A stretch of DNA of 64,000 bases from Lingula anatina. Taxonomy: Eukaryota > Animalia > Brachiopoda. The position numbers and the translations under genes are program-made. Positions 25,701 to 39,400 of the stretch are shown here, in pieces. The DNA lies in assembly GCA_051362555.1 (NCBI GenBank), contig CM120641.1:47002401-47066400 (forward strand), written 5' to 3'. Below the pieces are notes generated by a model, which made no database searches, was not told the DNA's origin, and saw only the letters and a list, made by a program, of their open reading frames with translations. Positions within the stretch are counted from its first letter, which is position 1. Each line of letters starts with the position of its first letter.

Positions 25701-28700
25701 TGGATTTATTATTATCAATCCAAATGAGTACAAGCCATTGATGGTATTTGATGGTACAAGGTGTAGGATGCCTCGGTTCACATCTGAAGTGTCACTGATA
25801 ATAGCAGCGGGAAAAAGCAAAGAACTCCATGATTTGGTCATTATTCATGTTGGTTCTCATTATACCATATGGCTGAACGTTTCAATACACCAGTCAGATA
25901 TACCACATTTAATCTTCCCTTCCTCGAGTGATTACAGCTTTGAGAAAACAGATATTTGGCCATGTACTGGTTTTGGACAGATAATTGCAGTAACAATTTT
26001 CCCTATGGCGAGAAATATTTCGTTTGTCATACGGAATGACGGAAACAAGACTGTTTATATCCATGGCTATACCATTTCACATTGTGCTGTTGATCTGGTG
26101 GTTCAAACTTCGCTGAACGCACTATCAGGCCATTGGTACTTTCATGAAGGGATCTCTAAACCTCTCTTCCATTTTGAATGTGCCGTGGCCCAAGCTGAAT
26201 GCACCGATGACGAAAAAGAGTGTGACGCCATGTCATTTGTGACCCCTTTTGTAATCACTGGACTACAGTCTGAATATACGTTTTCTAATCTCGATCTTCA
26301 GGTCGGTCGCCGCTACTTTTTTGTAGTGCGTCGATGTTTCCATGCTATATGTCTTTCTGAGTTTCGTTCGGACGGGGTGATTATTTCCCACAGGTGTCCT
26401 TTAGTCGGGTTACTAAGCGTGAATGCTTCTAGTCAGCGGACTTCTTCAAACAGTTTGGAGATGGATATAAATATCAAATGGGAACGCTTTATCCTCTTCG
26501 GCAGTAAGTATGTCGTCAGTCATTACAGATGGACAGTATCAGCGTACACTGACCACGCCCCAGCAGATTGCAAATGGTTTGTAAAGATGTCTAATGCATC
26601 TTCTGTGGAGGTAAGATTAACCTACGTTTATTATTTTCAAAACAATATCATTTGCCTTAAACCAAAGTTGTTTTTCACTTATTGGTATACATGTTACTGC
26701 ATGTGATACGTATTTAGAACACGATGGCTAATTGCATGCTGACAGTCGTCTATTCAGTTGTACACGTATCTTTCTAAAATTCGTTGAATTTTTGCATTTA
26801 GGATCGACAGGTTTTAGAACTGGGACTACCCAATAGACATCAGTTGTATGTGCTCCTCCAAGGATACGCCAAAAATGGTTTGTCGTCCACAATTACTGCT
26901 CCATTCAAGCTACCAACGGCGGAAAACGTTCCTTCAGTCCTTGAACTCAGACAGAAAGACATAAAGAAATATGGGAGTACATTGCGTGCAGCAAATGTTG
27001 GACCAGTCCTTCGAGAAATTCTAAACCTGGACGTCGACTTCATAAGCCATCCATCTGATATAGGGGCTGTTTTAGTTGGCTCCCAACATTCCAAGGTATC
27101 CTGGTTTGTCACCAGACATCCTAAGATACCAGATGACTGTGCGACAGATCCAATGTGTCACCATTCTACAACAACAAACGGGAACATCCTAAGTCTTGTA
27201 AATGTAGAACTATATGAGGGCTACAAACACTTTGTCTGTGCCGTGGCAAAGGAAGAAGTCATCGCGCGGGAAAAGCATTTTGCAGAGACACTTCCAGAGA
27301 TAAGGCTGTGTAGTAATGGTTTCTATATCGACAGGACGCCACCTAGCGCAGGTCACGTGTCTGTTCTGAACTCAATGAATGGACACCTCTTGGATTCAAC
27401 TACGGTTGCGCTCTCGTGGCAGGGATTTGTAGACCAAGATGAATTGGGGAACACTGTTAATGGAGGCATAAGGTCCTTTAGCTACGCCATTGGTAAGACT
27501 TTGTATGGAAACTAAAGAGTTTGAATTACTTGACGAATTAGAGTATGAACAATAACACGTTATGCAACAGACTAATGCAGTTCATATAATTATCGAAAAA
27601 CGTTGGTGCCATTGCTCTCTACTCTGCCGCTACAGCAATCTTGGCCTGTTTGTATTAAGGGATCATGTATTTGTACTTCAGTAATGTAAGATACCTTTAT
27701 ATCCATAAATTGATAAAGTAATGCAAACCCTTTTTTTTCTTATTATTCTTTAGGCACAACTCCTTATGCTCAAGACGTTGTTCGGTACACGGAAGTCCAG
27801 ACATCCACACACGTGATTGTCAACAACATAAGCCTGGTCAACGGAATGGTGCATTACTTCACTATCAAGGGTATAACAAAACAGTATTGATTATTAAAAT
27901 TGAAGAAAAGAAATTATAGAGTAAAATCAACTTTCCAACGAATTTCATATACTTGTTTTATTTCAGGGACTGACTATGTTGGACTGAGTTCGTTTGCGAC
28001 TTCCAAAGGTATAATGGTTGACGCCACACCTCCTGACTGCGGGACAGTCCTTGTGGGTTCTCCTCATAGACACTTTGCCTTAACCGGAAGTTCAAGTTTG
28101 CAAGTTCATTGGAATGGTATCAAAGACGACGAGAGCGGCGTTTCCCGTGTTGAACTGGCGATAGGCTCAGGTCCCCATCAACAGGACATCATGGCTTTCA
28201 CGTCCTATCACTCAACTACCGCCTTTCTTGAAGACCTTCCACTTCTGGACGGCCACACGTATTATGTTCAAGTTCAGGTGGGATATTGATATAATTCCCG
28301 TTGGTCGTAAGGTCCCTTTATCGTTAAGATTTTCAATGTTTAAGTTTATCGATACAGTTACTTTTATTTCTTTAAATTTGGTGTCAATGTTTTGAACTGC
28401 ATTTCTTTCCTTTCACTTGCCGTAGGTTACAAATGGGGCTAACGTGCATAAGACATGTCATGCGCCGCCATTCCTGTATGACTCCACACCTCCGGCAGCA
28501 GGATTTGTAAGGGATGGTTTACGGGTCAGTTTAATTTTCAAAGACACGGTTTTTGCAGTTTGTTGAATTCATTAGTTATTGCGTTTTTTCTATTAGTAAA
28601 AAGTGACACAATGAACAACCGAAATAAATAAAAATGGAGGCAGTCTTTATAATAGTAACTTAACGCTGCTTCTCACATTTATTGCGGAATACATTCAAGG

Positions 28701-31700
28701 TTCATTTACAGTAAGTGGTATATTTCCGGCAATATATAAACGTGCCATTTATTTTCATTTAGGAAGATGTAGATTACCAGGACAGACTGGATAGCGTATC
28801 TGTTAACTGGGGTGGATTTATTGACCCCCATTCTGGAATCCAGTCATACAAGCTATCCGTGCACGAAGAAGACCAAGATCCAGCTTTTGCAATTATCGGG
28901 AACCGCACAGGTAAATTACAGTTTTTGTCAATATACAAACATGAGAAAGACTGAATAATTTTAAGAAAACGGTCCTTTGATACATATTGCAATCTCAGTG
29001 TAGTTTTTAGGTTTTAAGTATACCGTAGTAATATAATCGTACTGGTAAGCATGTCATCTCGAGCAAAACATCAGTTCTATTCACTACTGCAAGAGTGATT
29101 GATAAATACCACATACGTCTGTCTTAAAAATTTAATACATTAATGTGGAAATCGCGGTTTGGTTGCAGAAGTCCGTATGCAGAATGACCTGAAACCAGGA
29201 GTGAAGTTTATCGCCACTGTCGAGGCATGTAACACTGTCGGTCTATGTTCAAGAGCGACGTCTGACGGCGTTATAGCTGACGTCACAGCTCCAATTGCAG
29301 GCATAGTCAAGACTGGGTTTGAAGGGAGTCATGCACATTATGTCGCCGAAAAGTAATGTAAAACACATGTTCAATAAAAATTGCCTTATGTTCAATATAA
29401 TTATGATAACAATTATTTTGACTTGGAGAAGAAATAGCGAAAGCCATACTACAAGCTTACCTCGTTCTGATACCTTGGAATCACTTTATGATTATCTTAT
29501 ATAGAGACCATAGGGACCCTTTTCGTGGAGCCCTAATCAAATTTTCTAATTAGCTCAATATTATTTGTTCCATCCTTTACGTTATTCATGGTTAAGCCCG
29601 ACGGCGATATTTGAAGATAATTTACTTAGGTTGTCAATATTCTATAACCAACAGGTCATCGGTGTCAGTGAGATGGTTTGGTTTCCATGACGCAGAGAGT
29701 GGTATTAAACGCTACAGCTGGTGTCTTGGCACAGAACCTTACATATGTGACATTAAGAACATGACCAACGTTTACTCGGCATCATCTGCCATTGGTACTG
29801 GGCTACAGCTGCCAGAAGCGACCCGCCTCTATGCTACAGTTTTGGCAGAAAACAGTGTAGGGTTAACCGTTAACCAGTCTTCACAGTTTGTGATAATCGA
29901 TGTCACCCCGCCCAAAGTTGTCATTTCCCCGACAATCGACTTGCAGGATATTCAAGTTTCCAGGCGTAATGGCACACAATTTGATCCCTCGCAGCTTAGG
30001 TGCACATGGAAGTTCACCGATGACAACAGTCCAGTGATTAGCCATCTTGTCAAAATAAACACGCACCACGATGGCGCTGTTCCAATACCACCCATTGAGC
30101 TTGGCGATGTTGATTTTGTTCAGTTAAATTTGCCACGGAATCAGACATTATCCGATGGAGATACATACACTGTGACCGTAACAGCTTGCAACGCAGCAGG
30201 CTTGTGTACATCATCAACTTCAGAACCAGTTCTTGTGGATTCATCTCCACCTCATATCGGAGGTTTCAAAGAACCTTTGATTTGGACTATAGTGGATGGA
30301 GTGTCATCCGTGAATCTTTCTTGGACAGGATTCGCAGACCCCCATTCTGGTATCAGTTACTACTACGTTGCCGTCGGTACCTCCTACAGTGACAGTAATG
30401 TCACAGGTGGGGCTGTCCAAACCAAACACGAAATCGGAGACCTTCAGACCATTAATATCAACACAACTGTTGGTATTATACCAGGGCAATTGTTATTCCT
30501 TGCTTTATGGGCAGAAAATGGCGCTGGACTGAGAAGTCATATTGGTAGAATCACAGTAAAGGTGGTCAGTGGCAATTCTGCGCGCACTTCAGGAATTTTG
30601 GACATTGAAAAACACTCTTGCGATATCCATTACTGTAATTCTGACTGCACATGCGCAGTGGTAGGTCGGAAATGCATGTCTGCTGGAGCGTTGCCTAATT
30701 GCACAGCGGGAAAGGGAAATACGGCCAAAAACAAGATTGTCGTAGCAGACGGAACATTATTGGATGCTGCGTTTACGTGTTCTTCAAAATGCCTTTCGGG
30801 ACATTGGTTTGGACCAAAAGCCAACGGCGGCTCGATACAAAGATATGAGTGGAGCATAGGTTTTTACAATTCCACGGGCGGGGACGGTATATTTGACTTG
30901 ACAACAGAGCAACCATGGTTCGACATTGGCCACTTGAATTACTTTTCATATTGTCTTCCAGGTGGTAGATTCCTTAATCACAAACAAAAGTATGCTGTCT
31001 ATCTTCGTGCATGGACAGACTTTAGCACATTCACTGAGCACATGTCAAATGGTGTCATGGTTGACCTAACACCGCCATCACAGCGCCGAGGAAAACACGT
31101 GATAGACTGTGGGGACCGTTGTGACGTTGACATTGAATTTTCAAGAAACATGCATACTCTCTCGGTAGACTGGACAGATGTATTTACTGACACCCAGAGC
31201 CAAATTGATCACTATGAGCTGCACATAGGAACATTCCCCGAAGGTAAGTAATGTGCGGTTTTTGTATTACACAGAGAGCGCAATCGTTTATATATTTGTA
31301 ATTTATGTAGCACTGCTATGATATTGAATACATTACAAATCACGTAGAAAGTGTTAAACTGGCCGTGTTTACATTATGGGGTTAATTAAGCCATTTTTGT
31401 TGCAGGCGATGACGTTCATGGTACAATTGACCTTGGGCTATCCACAAATTTTACGTCACCTGACCTCGAACTTGTGGAAGGCGTCAGGTACTATACGACC
31501 ATCGTGGCTTATAACAAGGTTGGTCTGTCTTCGTCGTCCACTTCGGATGGTGTAAGTATCGACAATCATAAACCAATTACTGGTAAAGTGTATAACACGG
31601 CCTTGTTTCATAACAAGCCAAGTCAGCAGTCGGCGGAAACAATTGGTGTCTCTTGGACAGGCTTTGATGACTACCATTCCGGAATATCCCATTACGAAGT

Positions 31701-34289
31701 GACCATTGGTTCTTCCCCAGGTCTCGCGGACATCCATCGAATAACTGACGTTGGGCTGAACAACGCCATAAAACTGCAGGGTTTAAATTTGACTCACGCC
31801 AGTAATGTGTGGGCGTCTGTACGAGGCGTGGATGCAGCAGGACTCGTGTCTGAATGGGTACATAGTGAGAGATTGTTCATTGATATAACACCGCCAACAG
31901 ATAACATATGTTACTCATTTAAACAAGTCACCTTGCAAGTTCCAAGTTCAAATCATTCGCGGAGGGAGGTATACAAGTTTAACAACGATAAGAGTATATT
32001 TAGTATCATTCCATTGAACATACCAAAGACCTTATTTTACAATGGTGGGATGTTGGGTGTAATATTACATCCAGATGACACCCAAACTGCTCTTACTTTG
32101 TCATGCGAGGGCATCCAGGAGTCATTCGTTTGTAAGGAATTGCCAAACAAGATATCATGCTCAGTCTCAATTTACAACTCTATGAAATCATCAGCGCCAT
32201 ATGTTTGCCAGTTAGAAAGATATGGACAACCAATCAGAATTCAGGCAGCAACTGCTGTGATCTGCAGCAGGAGCTCGGGGACACATTCTAGTAGACCGGT
32301 ACTAAGGCAGGTAGGACAGTCCTCCATTGAGATAACCCATGGTATCAATGACCCCGACAGTGGTATAAAGAGACACATGGTAGGCTTTGGGACTACTAAA
32401 GGCGGATTCCAATTGCAGCCTCTTATTGACATAGGCAAAGCCACCAGTGCTGTCTTCGATGTGTCTGCAGTACATGGAACTCCAATCTACGCCACAGTTA
32501 TTTCTGAAAACAACGCCGTGTCCACTGCTGCCTTCTTTTCTGAGGTCCTTATTCTAGATTGGACACCACCTATTATTCATAGTGTCTACGTTTCTGTTCT
32601 CGAAACAGAAAACAAAACATCTGACTACCAAGTTTGGGCTCAATGGGAAGCATTCGACAATGAAACAACAGTAACCGGATGCACCTGGACAATGGGTAAG
32701 AATTAAGTGGTATGAGTGGAAAATGCATACTTGTGTTAATTTTTGCATTGTTCTGGTACTGCATAACATAATCCTTCGACCAGCATAATATGCTGTTGTA
32801 TATACAGGTATTGGAAATTTGTTTCCAGATTTTTTTGGTGATTACGGTATGTGTGCCTTTCCAGGTTATTATTATTTCATACAAAGGCAAACATCTTGTT
32901 TGAGGAATTTATTTTTATCTCAATGTCTTTCCACATTTCCTTTCCTATAAAGACAATTTAGTGTTTGAAGTCATTGTCTACTGGTATTTCAGGGCGGTCC
33001 ACAAGCGCCCAAGACTTGATACCTTGGCAACCAACAACCAACACTAGCCACACAGGCCCTGTTTCTGTAACCCTTCATCAAGGTGAAGATGTCCACGTGA
33101 CCATACGGTGTAGCAATAAAGTTGACCTGGTGACGGTCGCCAACGCTAAACTTGTGAATATTGTCACCAAACCACCGATATCCGAAAATGCCAGTGTATT
33201 CTCCATGCTAACGAATGACCGTCCTTTCCATGCATTTAAGCCATACCAGTCCATTAATTCGAGCATTCATGTCTCCTGGTCGGGATTTCTAGACATTGTT
33301 GGCATTCATCGGTATTTCGTACGTGTTCTGGGGCCAGAGAACCAAACTGTTGTGAACTGGACTGATAGTGGACTACGTACAGACGTTTGCTTCGATGGAC
33401 TTTCTCTGAAAGATGGACCCTACAGCGTGGAGGTAATGGCTGAAAATTCAGCTGGTAAAGTCAGTGAACCCAAGAATACTGCTGTCTTTATTTTGGCTAC
33501 GACGCCATTATTCAAAGGTAAGTTATAATCATTATAACATTAGATTGAACCATACTCGTTGTTAAATTCATTGTCATTGTTGGGATGGAAAATTGTATTA
33601 CTCACGCAAAAATATATGAGAAAGCACCCCCCCCCCAAAAAAAAAAAAAAAAAAAGAAAAAAAAGAAAAAACATCTAAATACACACAAAAGTAAACACGT
33701 GCTATTGAGGATCTGAAAAACTTAGAATTGTAAGAACTCTGCTCCAGGCACCTCAACATGTGTTGTCTTTGCAGTTAAGATTAAATCAATCATCTGCTGA
33801 CTCAAGGAGATAGAAAGGTTAAACGTAGCAAAAAGTATATTATTTATATCAAATATTCATCATATTTCAAAGTTTAGTTAAAAGGAAACATCTTTTAAAT
33901 ATCAATATTGTGACGAAAACAAATTCCATGTATAATATATAATTATAGGAATTTACAACATTTTGTATGTCAGCTTTAAAGGATAGTTTTATTATCTCAA
34001 TCGTTAATTTTTCTGTTGGATTTTAGGCATCAAACCCACTATCGCATGCCAGAAGGACGAGTGTACAGTAAACTGGCGCCAGACCTTTGACGGTTTTCCA
34101 AACACCCTTCCCCTTCGCTTTGAAGTGTGCTTTGGTTCCAAAGAGGGTTCCTGTGACACACTTCCTCCCACGGAGACTTTTGAAATGACTTTGAATATAC
34201 CCAGGGTGCCAGATATGTTGAAGATTTACGGCTCGATGACGGCAATATCACCATCGGGGACGTATACAACCGTTCAGGTAACCCCTTGA
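6214..34289 (+). CDS. Giant secreted protein (~3318 aa): signal peptide, EMI domain, Cys-rich/EGF-like module, long array of FN3/Ig-like repeats; no transmembrane segment seen
   Basis: 20 phase-consistent exons: 6214-6287, 6809-6931, 17397-17500, 19244-19387, 19516-19629, 19870-20139, 20401-20551, 22448-23600, 23785-24961, 25181-26610, 26802-27492, 27754-27870, 27967-28277, 28426-28524, 28763-28910, 29169-29352, 29655-31243, 31406-32695, 32993-33517, 34027-34289 (sum 9957 nt, divisible by 3). N-term MVSAGVLLRISVLLSVVCVVES. Recurrent motif D-x-(T/S)-P-P...G-x-V...W-x-G-F-x-D-x-(E/H)-S-G-I-x-x-Y...G(T/S)...N-x-(A/V)-G-L. Ends ...AISPSGTYTTVQVTP*. Confidence 0.88.
7112..15813. mobile_element. 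Outer copy of a ~4.3-4.4 kb non-autonomous DNA transposon (TA target duplication, imperfect TIRs; Tc1/mariner-type probable), interrupted by a second copy
   Basis: Flanked by TA at 7110-7111 and 15814-15815. Left end (C)CCGTACTAGGATTAA, right end reverse complement CAGTGGTCGGAATAA. 7112-8802 matches 8803-~10493, and 13190-15813 matches ~10492-13189. No transposase ORF recognised. Confidence 0.8.
8803..13189. mobile_element. Inner, complete copy (4387 bp) of the same element, inserted at an internal TA of the outer copy
   Basis: Junctions cagttTA|CCGTACTCGG (8801-8802) and CCACTG|TAcgtcagg (13190-13191). The empty site cagttTAcgtcagg is preserved inside this copy at ~10487-10500. Confidence 0.82.
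16238..17175 (-). mobile_element. Internally deleted PIF/Harbinger transposon retaining the N-terminus of a HARBI1-like transposase
   Basis: TIR GGCCCGGTTTTATAAAGGAC(C/A)TT(A/T)AGCACTAACCA at both ends, 3-bp TSD CAG (16235-16237, 17176-17178), sub-terminal AACCAGTGGATAA-type repeats. Minus ORF from 17008 MAYLLRF...RRDRNFSTDLFDFDGATEQELIERFRFSRKSILYLEILLQNQLAPETERNHS matches the HARBI1/DDE_Tnp_4 N-terminal region, then runs into a microsatellite. Confidence 0.9.
16625..16760. repeat. Compound microsatellite (TAC)n(TAA)n(TAAA)n
   Basis: Directly visible inside the Harbinger element. Confidence 0.95.
20698..20810 (-). mobile_element. Possible Penelope-like remnant with a degenerate hammerhead-ribozyme-like motif
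   Basis: Minus strand 20773-20741 reads CTGAGGA-A-GGTCAC-GGA-GTGACC-AAAA-GCCTTG (core CUGANGA, perfect 6-bp stem II, GAAA changed to AAAA). It is bracketed by a 13-bp inverted repeat CATTAGTGAATAT (20698-20710, 20798-20810). Stem I pairing is not evident. Confidence 0.4.
21113..22188 (+). repeat. ~150-bp dispersed direct repeat pair in intron 7 (about 21113-21270 and 22033-22188)
   Basis: Shared ATTCATTTTGGT(G/T)CCATTAACTGCATAT...CTGAGTTGGCCAGCAGTAAAAT(C/T)GATGCATCCTCTTTTGTGATCTTGAACAT. A weaker third unit lies near 21370-21460. Confidence 0.85.
21503..21635. mobile_element. Harbinger/Tourist-type MITE (133 bp)
   Basis: TIR GGCCCCGTA(C/A)CTCGAAAGC(A/G)TCG with TSD CAG (21500-21502, 21636-21638). 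Confidence 0.85.
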
Positions 34290-35935
34290 ATGGTGCAGGA
34301 ATGAAATAATTAAACTTTGCTTTGAATATAACCGTTACTGACATTTTAGCAATGCAAACGGTAATATTAGAACCGTTATAATGGTATTTTGAATTGTGAT
34401 TTTAAAGCATGATTGATGTTTGAATTTACATATCTGCTACTTGTGTGCGGATAAACAAGGCTTAATATGTTAAGAGAGCTATCAGACTGCGCTTGTAATG
34501 AAATTGTTTTAACATTGTTTTAACCGTTTCTTGTTTATCTAAGGCTGTCTTAATTGTGTTTAATAACCTTTTTAATTAGTCGCATAGCAATTTTTGACTA
34601 ATGTGTGTCGTTATTGTACCTACATACACTGGACAATAGAAGTGTCACCCCCTGAATCAGAGTAATCAATGTTTTAATGCCTGGTCTACTTATAATATGA
34701 ACAATGAGTATAAAACCGCTGTACCATGAAATTGTATTGTTGGTCTTTTTGTGAAATTTGATGTTAATGAACTGATACCAGTAGCACATCATTCCACAGT
34801 CATTTATCTCCCCCAAAGTATTGGTTCAGTAGGGGGTGACACTTCTATTGCCCATTGTGTTTACATACATGCATCATGTATTCGAATAGCAGACCTGTTT
34901 ACCTGCGGGTGGTACCTCTATATATTTTTATCAACTGGGAAGCCTTCATATTTTTCTTACTAGGTTGCCATAAAGCAGAATGCAACGCATTTCATTAATT
35001 AGCTGTAAAACATGCACTCGTTATTATGTAAGATAACTGCGATAAATAAAAATGCCTCTTTCAATCAGCATTTTTCTCTTATGTGCTAAATTCAATTTTA
35101 CCAGATGATTATTGTTTAAACTAAAAAACTACACTATTTACGTAGACTCTTCAAGCGGTAAGAAGACAACTGGTATTATATGACTAATGAACCTGTCTTG
35201 CACCCCCTTAGTCTGTATAAATAACGTTTCAGTACGCATCCCATGAATTGGCTCGCTGTCTACTAGTTTTGTATTTGCATGGTTTCCAGACAAACCTTGG
35301 CGAAAATAAGTTTATCTTATCAAAAATGAAGCTGAAAGTTACCATCCACATCAATTAATATCACGCTTAGAAAGAATTACGTCTCCCCTAAGTAGCAAAG
35401 TTATCATCTTGAAACTTGTTAAATATTTCTTTAAGATAAACCTGTCTAAAATGTTCTTTTCATGACGATAAAGAAAGATACATTAATCTATTTTTATTTA
35501 AAACACGTCACCGAGCGTGAGATCCATTATATTTTTATTGCTCTATTCGAGTGTGATTGATAAAAAACTAAATACCCTATTGTAAAATATGGACAGCAAT
35601 AAAGTATGTCCGGCCGAGTGAAAGCACCGGGGTGGCCATCTTATCTGATGCTTTCTCGAGTGCTTTGATTAATTGTTGAACTGTTTTTGCACAAATACAT
35701 CTTGTCAGTCCGCAAATATTTATTGATTAATATACAATTGCTAAATGAAAAAATGAGATTAGCGTGTGTTTGTGGAGATTACCAGAGAAAGTAAACATGT
35801 CTAGGTAGTGTGATAAATAAACTGTTTGTCTTTATTGCTAGACCCCCCTACACTGCGACCTTCTATGAGTGGAAACTATGCAGCCACGATTGTGTTAGAG
35901 ATTCTGTACAAAGTACGTTCAAAATTCAGTGTTTT

Positions 35936-36037
35936 CAGGGGCGGATCTAGGATTATTTAAAGGGGGGACAATAGGGGACAAGCAATCGAAGGGAGGGGGG
36001 GTCAGGACCCCCTGACCCCACTCTTAATCTGCCACTG
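35936..36037. mobile_element. Small MITE-like element (CAGGGGCGGAT...ATCTGCCACTG ends, hAT-like)
   Basis: Imperfect TIR CAGGGGGCGGAT / ATCTGCCACTG with a G/C-run interior. GTTTT lies on both sides, but no clean 8-bp TSD. Confidence 0.55.
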
Positions 36038-36443
36038 GTTTTATGGTAGAGTGCTCTAAGAGTGCTCAATTTGCCTTTGCGAAACTTTTCATCTATTCAC
36101 ATAAATTTTCTTCAAAGCAAACAAAGAACCTTAATTGCGTGACATTTTGTGCCTACGTATCTAACCAGTTAAAGGCGACTTATCCAAAGTACAAATTACA
36201 TCTACCAAACAAAATGATAAGTGCTAGTTATCTTAATTTACCTTATCCTTAGCAGTTTTTCAACTTCAAAATAAATCTTTATTGACAACCTATCAGCTTT
36301 TCTATGTTTGCTGTCCCGTTTTAATATGTAAACACTTTCCTCTCACAGCAACGCAGAAAGTAGTTCAGTTCGATATTTCTCCGCGTGAACGGAGACAGAG
36401 TTTATGTCTGTATATGGACTACTACCCTGGGTTCCCCACAAAG

Positions 36444-39400
36444 ATGGCGTTGACACTGCAGCATCTTGCATATGTCGTATGTTTGCTATATTCTTCGACC
36501 AGCGAATTTACACAGAATGGCAGAGACTTTACACACAACGTAGACTTAGAGCATGATGTGACTGGAGAAAAACTTCAAGTGAAAAGTTATGGACGACTGG
36601 CAAATATTATTACTCTGGATGACACGGAGGGGGTAAAGGTTAGTGGGTGTTTTATGTCGCAACACATGACAATAATGCTGAAATAAAATAAGAGTTAAAA
36701 GTTATATGATATAAGTAAAAATGAACGATTTGTCCTGAACGCCATTTAGCGTATACTCCATACATATACTCCATAGAAGTCGAGGTCAATTAATGGTTTA
36801 GTTGCAGTGTATTTGTTAGATGAGCAGGCAAAAAAGATTGATAAGAAGAAAAAACTGACGTACATGTACTTCCTTCCGTATTATGCTACATAGTGCATTT
36901 TTACCCTTTAATACGTGTCTTGTTTGTTGAAAACTGACAGGCACTTTATATTGTTAAATTTATAAAAGCAAAGAACTATTCAATATGTCTGAAGGATTAC
37001 CTTATTCAATAACCAATGTGTTTCAGCGCGTTCTGTGCAAGGGTCCGAACATCCTAGTAATCGTAAACCACAGCAGCCTGGCGTCCACCTGGTCTCCTGG
37101 TGACATCGTGATGGGGAGCAGCAAGTGGGGGTGTTACCTGAGTCCACCCCCACACAGCGTTGCTGGGATACACCGTAAAATAGACAGCATAAAGATCCGG
37201 TCCGACAGAAAAGTAGAACTATCAACATCTGTTGCAAAGTATGTGTTTTGGGTTCAATTTACAAGAATATACCTTAATTAACAGCACATCATTAATGAAG
37301 TGTTACGTATGTCAAAATGTTATTTTTTCACAATATATCTATCCGTGTTTTCAAGAATAGTTTTGTTCTTTTTACAATTCTGTAGAATTCCTTTAAAAAG
37401 CTCATGGTTGGTAGCTGTCATGAAATTGCGCAAATTTTATCACGAAAAATGTATTCTTTATTTAAAAAGGTCATTTTTTTAGTTTTGTAGATATGTTTGA
37501 ACATGCTAAGATATTCTATCGGCACGAGCCTGGAAAAGTGACAAATGACTCACACCATCGCCAGAAGAGGGCAGGGTTTCTTAAGGACTTGTTGACAAAA
37601 AAGTTAACACCAATCCATTGGAGTGTTAACGAAAGAGGCGTAGGGAGCAACTTTAATTATGACCAGTCATCAGGAAGGGCTGGTGGACAATTCAAAGCCA
37701 AAGTGAGCCGTGAGAAGGACTTATCGTTTGAAAGCGGAAGCACGCTTCTTAATCACGAGCGGTCCCGGGAATCCCCCGGGAGGAACTGGCATATGAATGG
37801 TGAAGTTGCAACTGAACTTAACTGTATATCTTGTTATGCATATTTCGACAGTTCATTTACTTTGTAAGTATTATTTCTGTTAAGAATTCATAAACTGTGC
37901 AACTGCTTGCATATAAATGTAGTGTGGGGGCTGATCAACTTGTTATTGAAACACTTTCGTTGCGGCTAAAGAAGAGACCCTTTACCGGAAAATGAATAAA
38001 TAACGCATATTATTATTTGTCGGTATAAATTGAGAGTATGAGTGTAGCAAATTAAACTAGTATATAAAAATTGGAAAAAATGCAATTTCTTTTCCACCAA
38101 CAAGTACAGTAGAACTTTGCGCTGTCATTTTATCCCTTTCTCCCTCTTTTGAAACCGTGCAAATCACTTGGTTCTCTCACCATCTTTTTTTTTTTTTACG
38201 AACATCCGAATATTTCTCGTATCTTATTTTGTTCGTATGCATGAGGAAATAGACGAACTTTCAGGAGGGGGGGTATCCCTTCTTTATAAGTATTTATTCC
38301 GGAATGACCATTTATAACGCAAAGAGGTGATGCCTCGTGGGAGCTGCGGGTTAAAGGAGCGCTGGTTTATACCATAATGTTTATATGACTCTTGTGCGAT
38401 TATTTAACTGCGATGTAAGGAAACACATCCATGGCAGTACCTAGTACATGCAGGTTTGCGTAATGCAATTTATTTTCTTCCAGTGAGCTTGAAATTGATA
38501 TGGATCCTGCGACCAAAAGAGGCCGTTTGAAACATTATTTGCTTCAGGTAAGAAATAATATATAAGGAAAAGACGAAATTTGTGATCTTTTATGAAATAT
38601 TGATGACTCTTGATGATTCTTTTCTTAGCATCAGATTAATATTTTAAAGCATATACATATGGGTAACTAACATTTAATATGTGAATGCACGACTTAAAAA
38701 ATAAATACAAGCAATTCTTATTTAGTATATTCAGCCAAGAATCATGGCACACTGCCATGGAATAATACTAGAGAGGAAATTCATCGTACAGAAATATGCA
38801 GAAGAAAACTTTGTGTTTTGTTCTTTTAGTTTGATGCGGAGGCTAAGGTCAATTATGAGTTGGAATTAAAGGTTAATGGTGAAGTCTCTGCGGACCTGGA
38901 AATGTTACTGTGGAAGGGGAAGCCCATTCCTGTCATCTCTTTCCCTCTCATACCTCTCCCTCTTGGGGCAACGGTAAAACTGGACGTGTCCGTTAATGCA
39001 GCGTTGTGGTTTGAAGCTAATTTTGAAGCAAGCTCCGAATTTTCGTCGACATTTGGTTTCACGTCAGTTGCGAAATACACTCTAAGTAAGTACACTCGTG
39101 CATCTACCGCACTGAAACGTAATATATCTAATATCTCCCATACGTCAGCGTTACACATTTCAGCATGATCTATACGCTGAGATAGAGACAAGACACCAAA
39201 ACTTTTACAAAGACAATATCAGCTTATTATAATAAGTATTATTTTCGACATTTGTGAACTTTCAGCACATTCAAAGGAAAGGGGCTTGGACTCCACTACA
39301 GAGTTAAGACCTTTTACGCCGCTTCGATCTACCGTTAACTTAAATGGAGATGCAGAGGGGTATATGTCTATCTATCCAAAGGTATCACAACATTGTGTCG

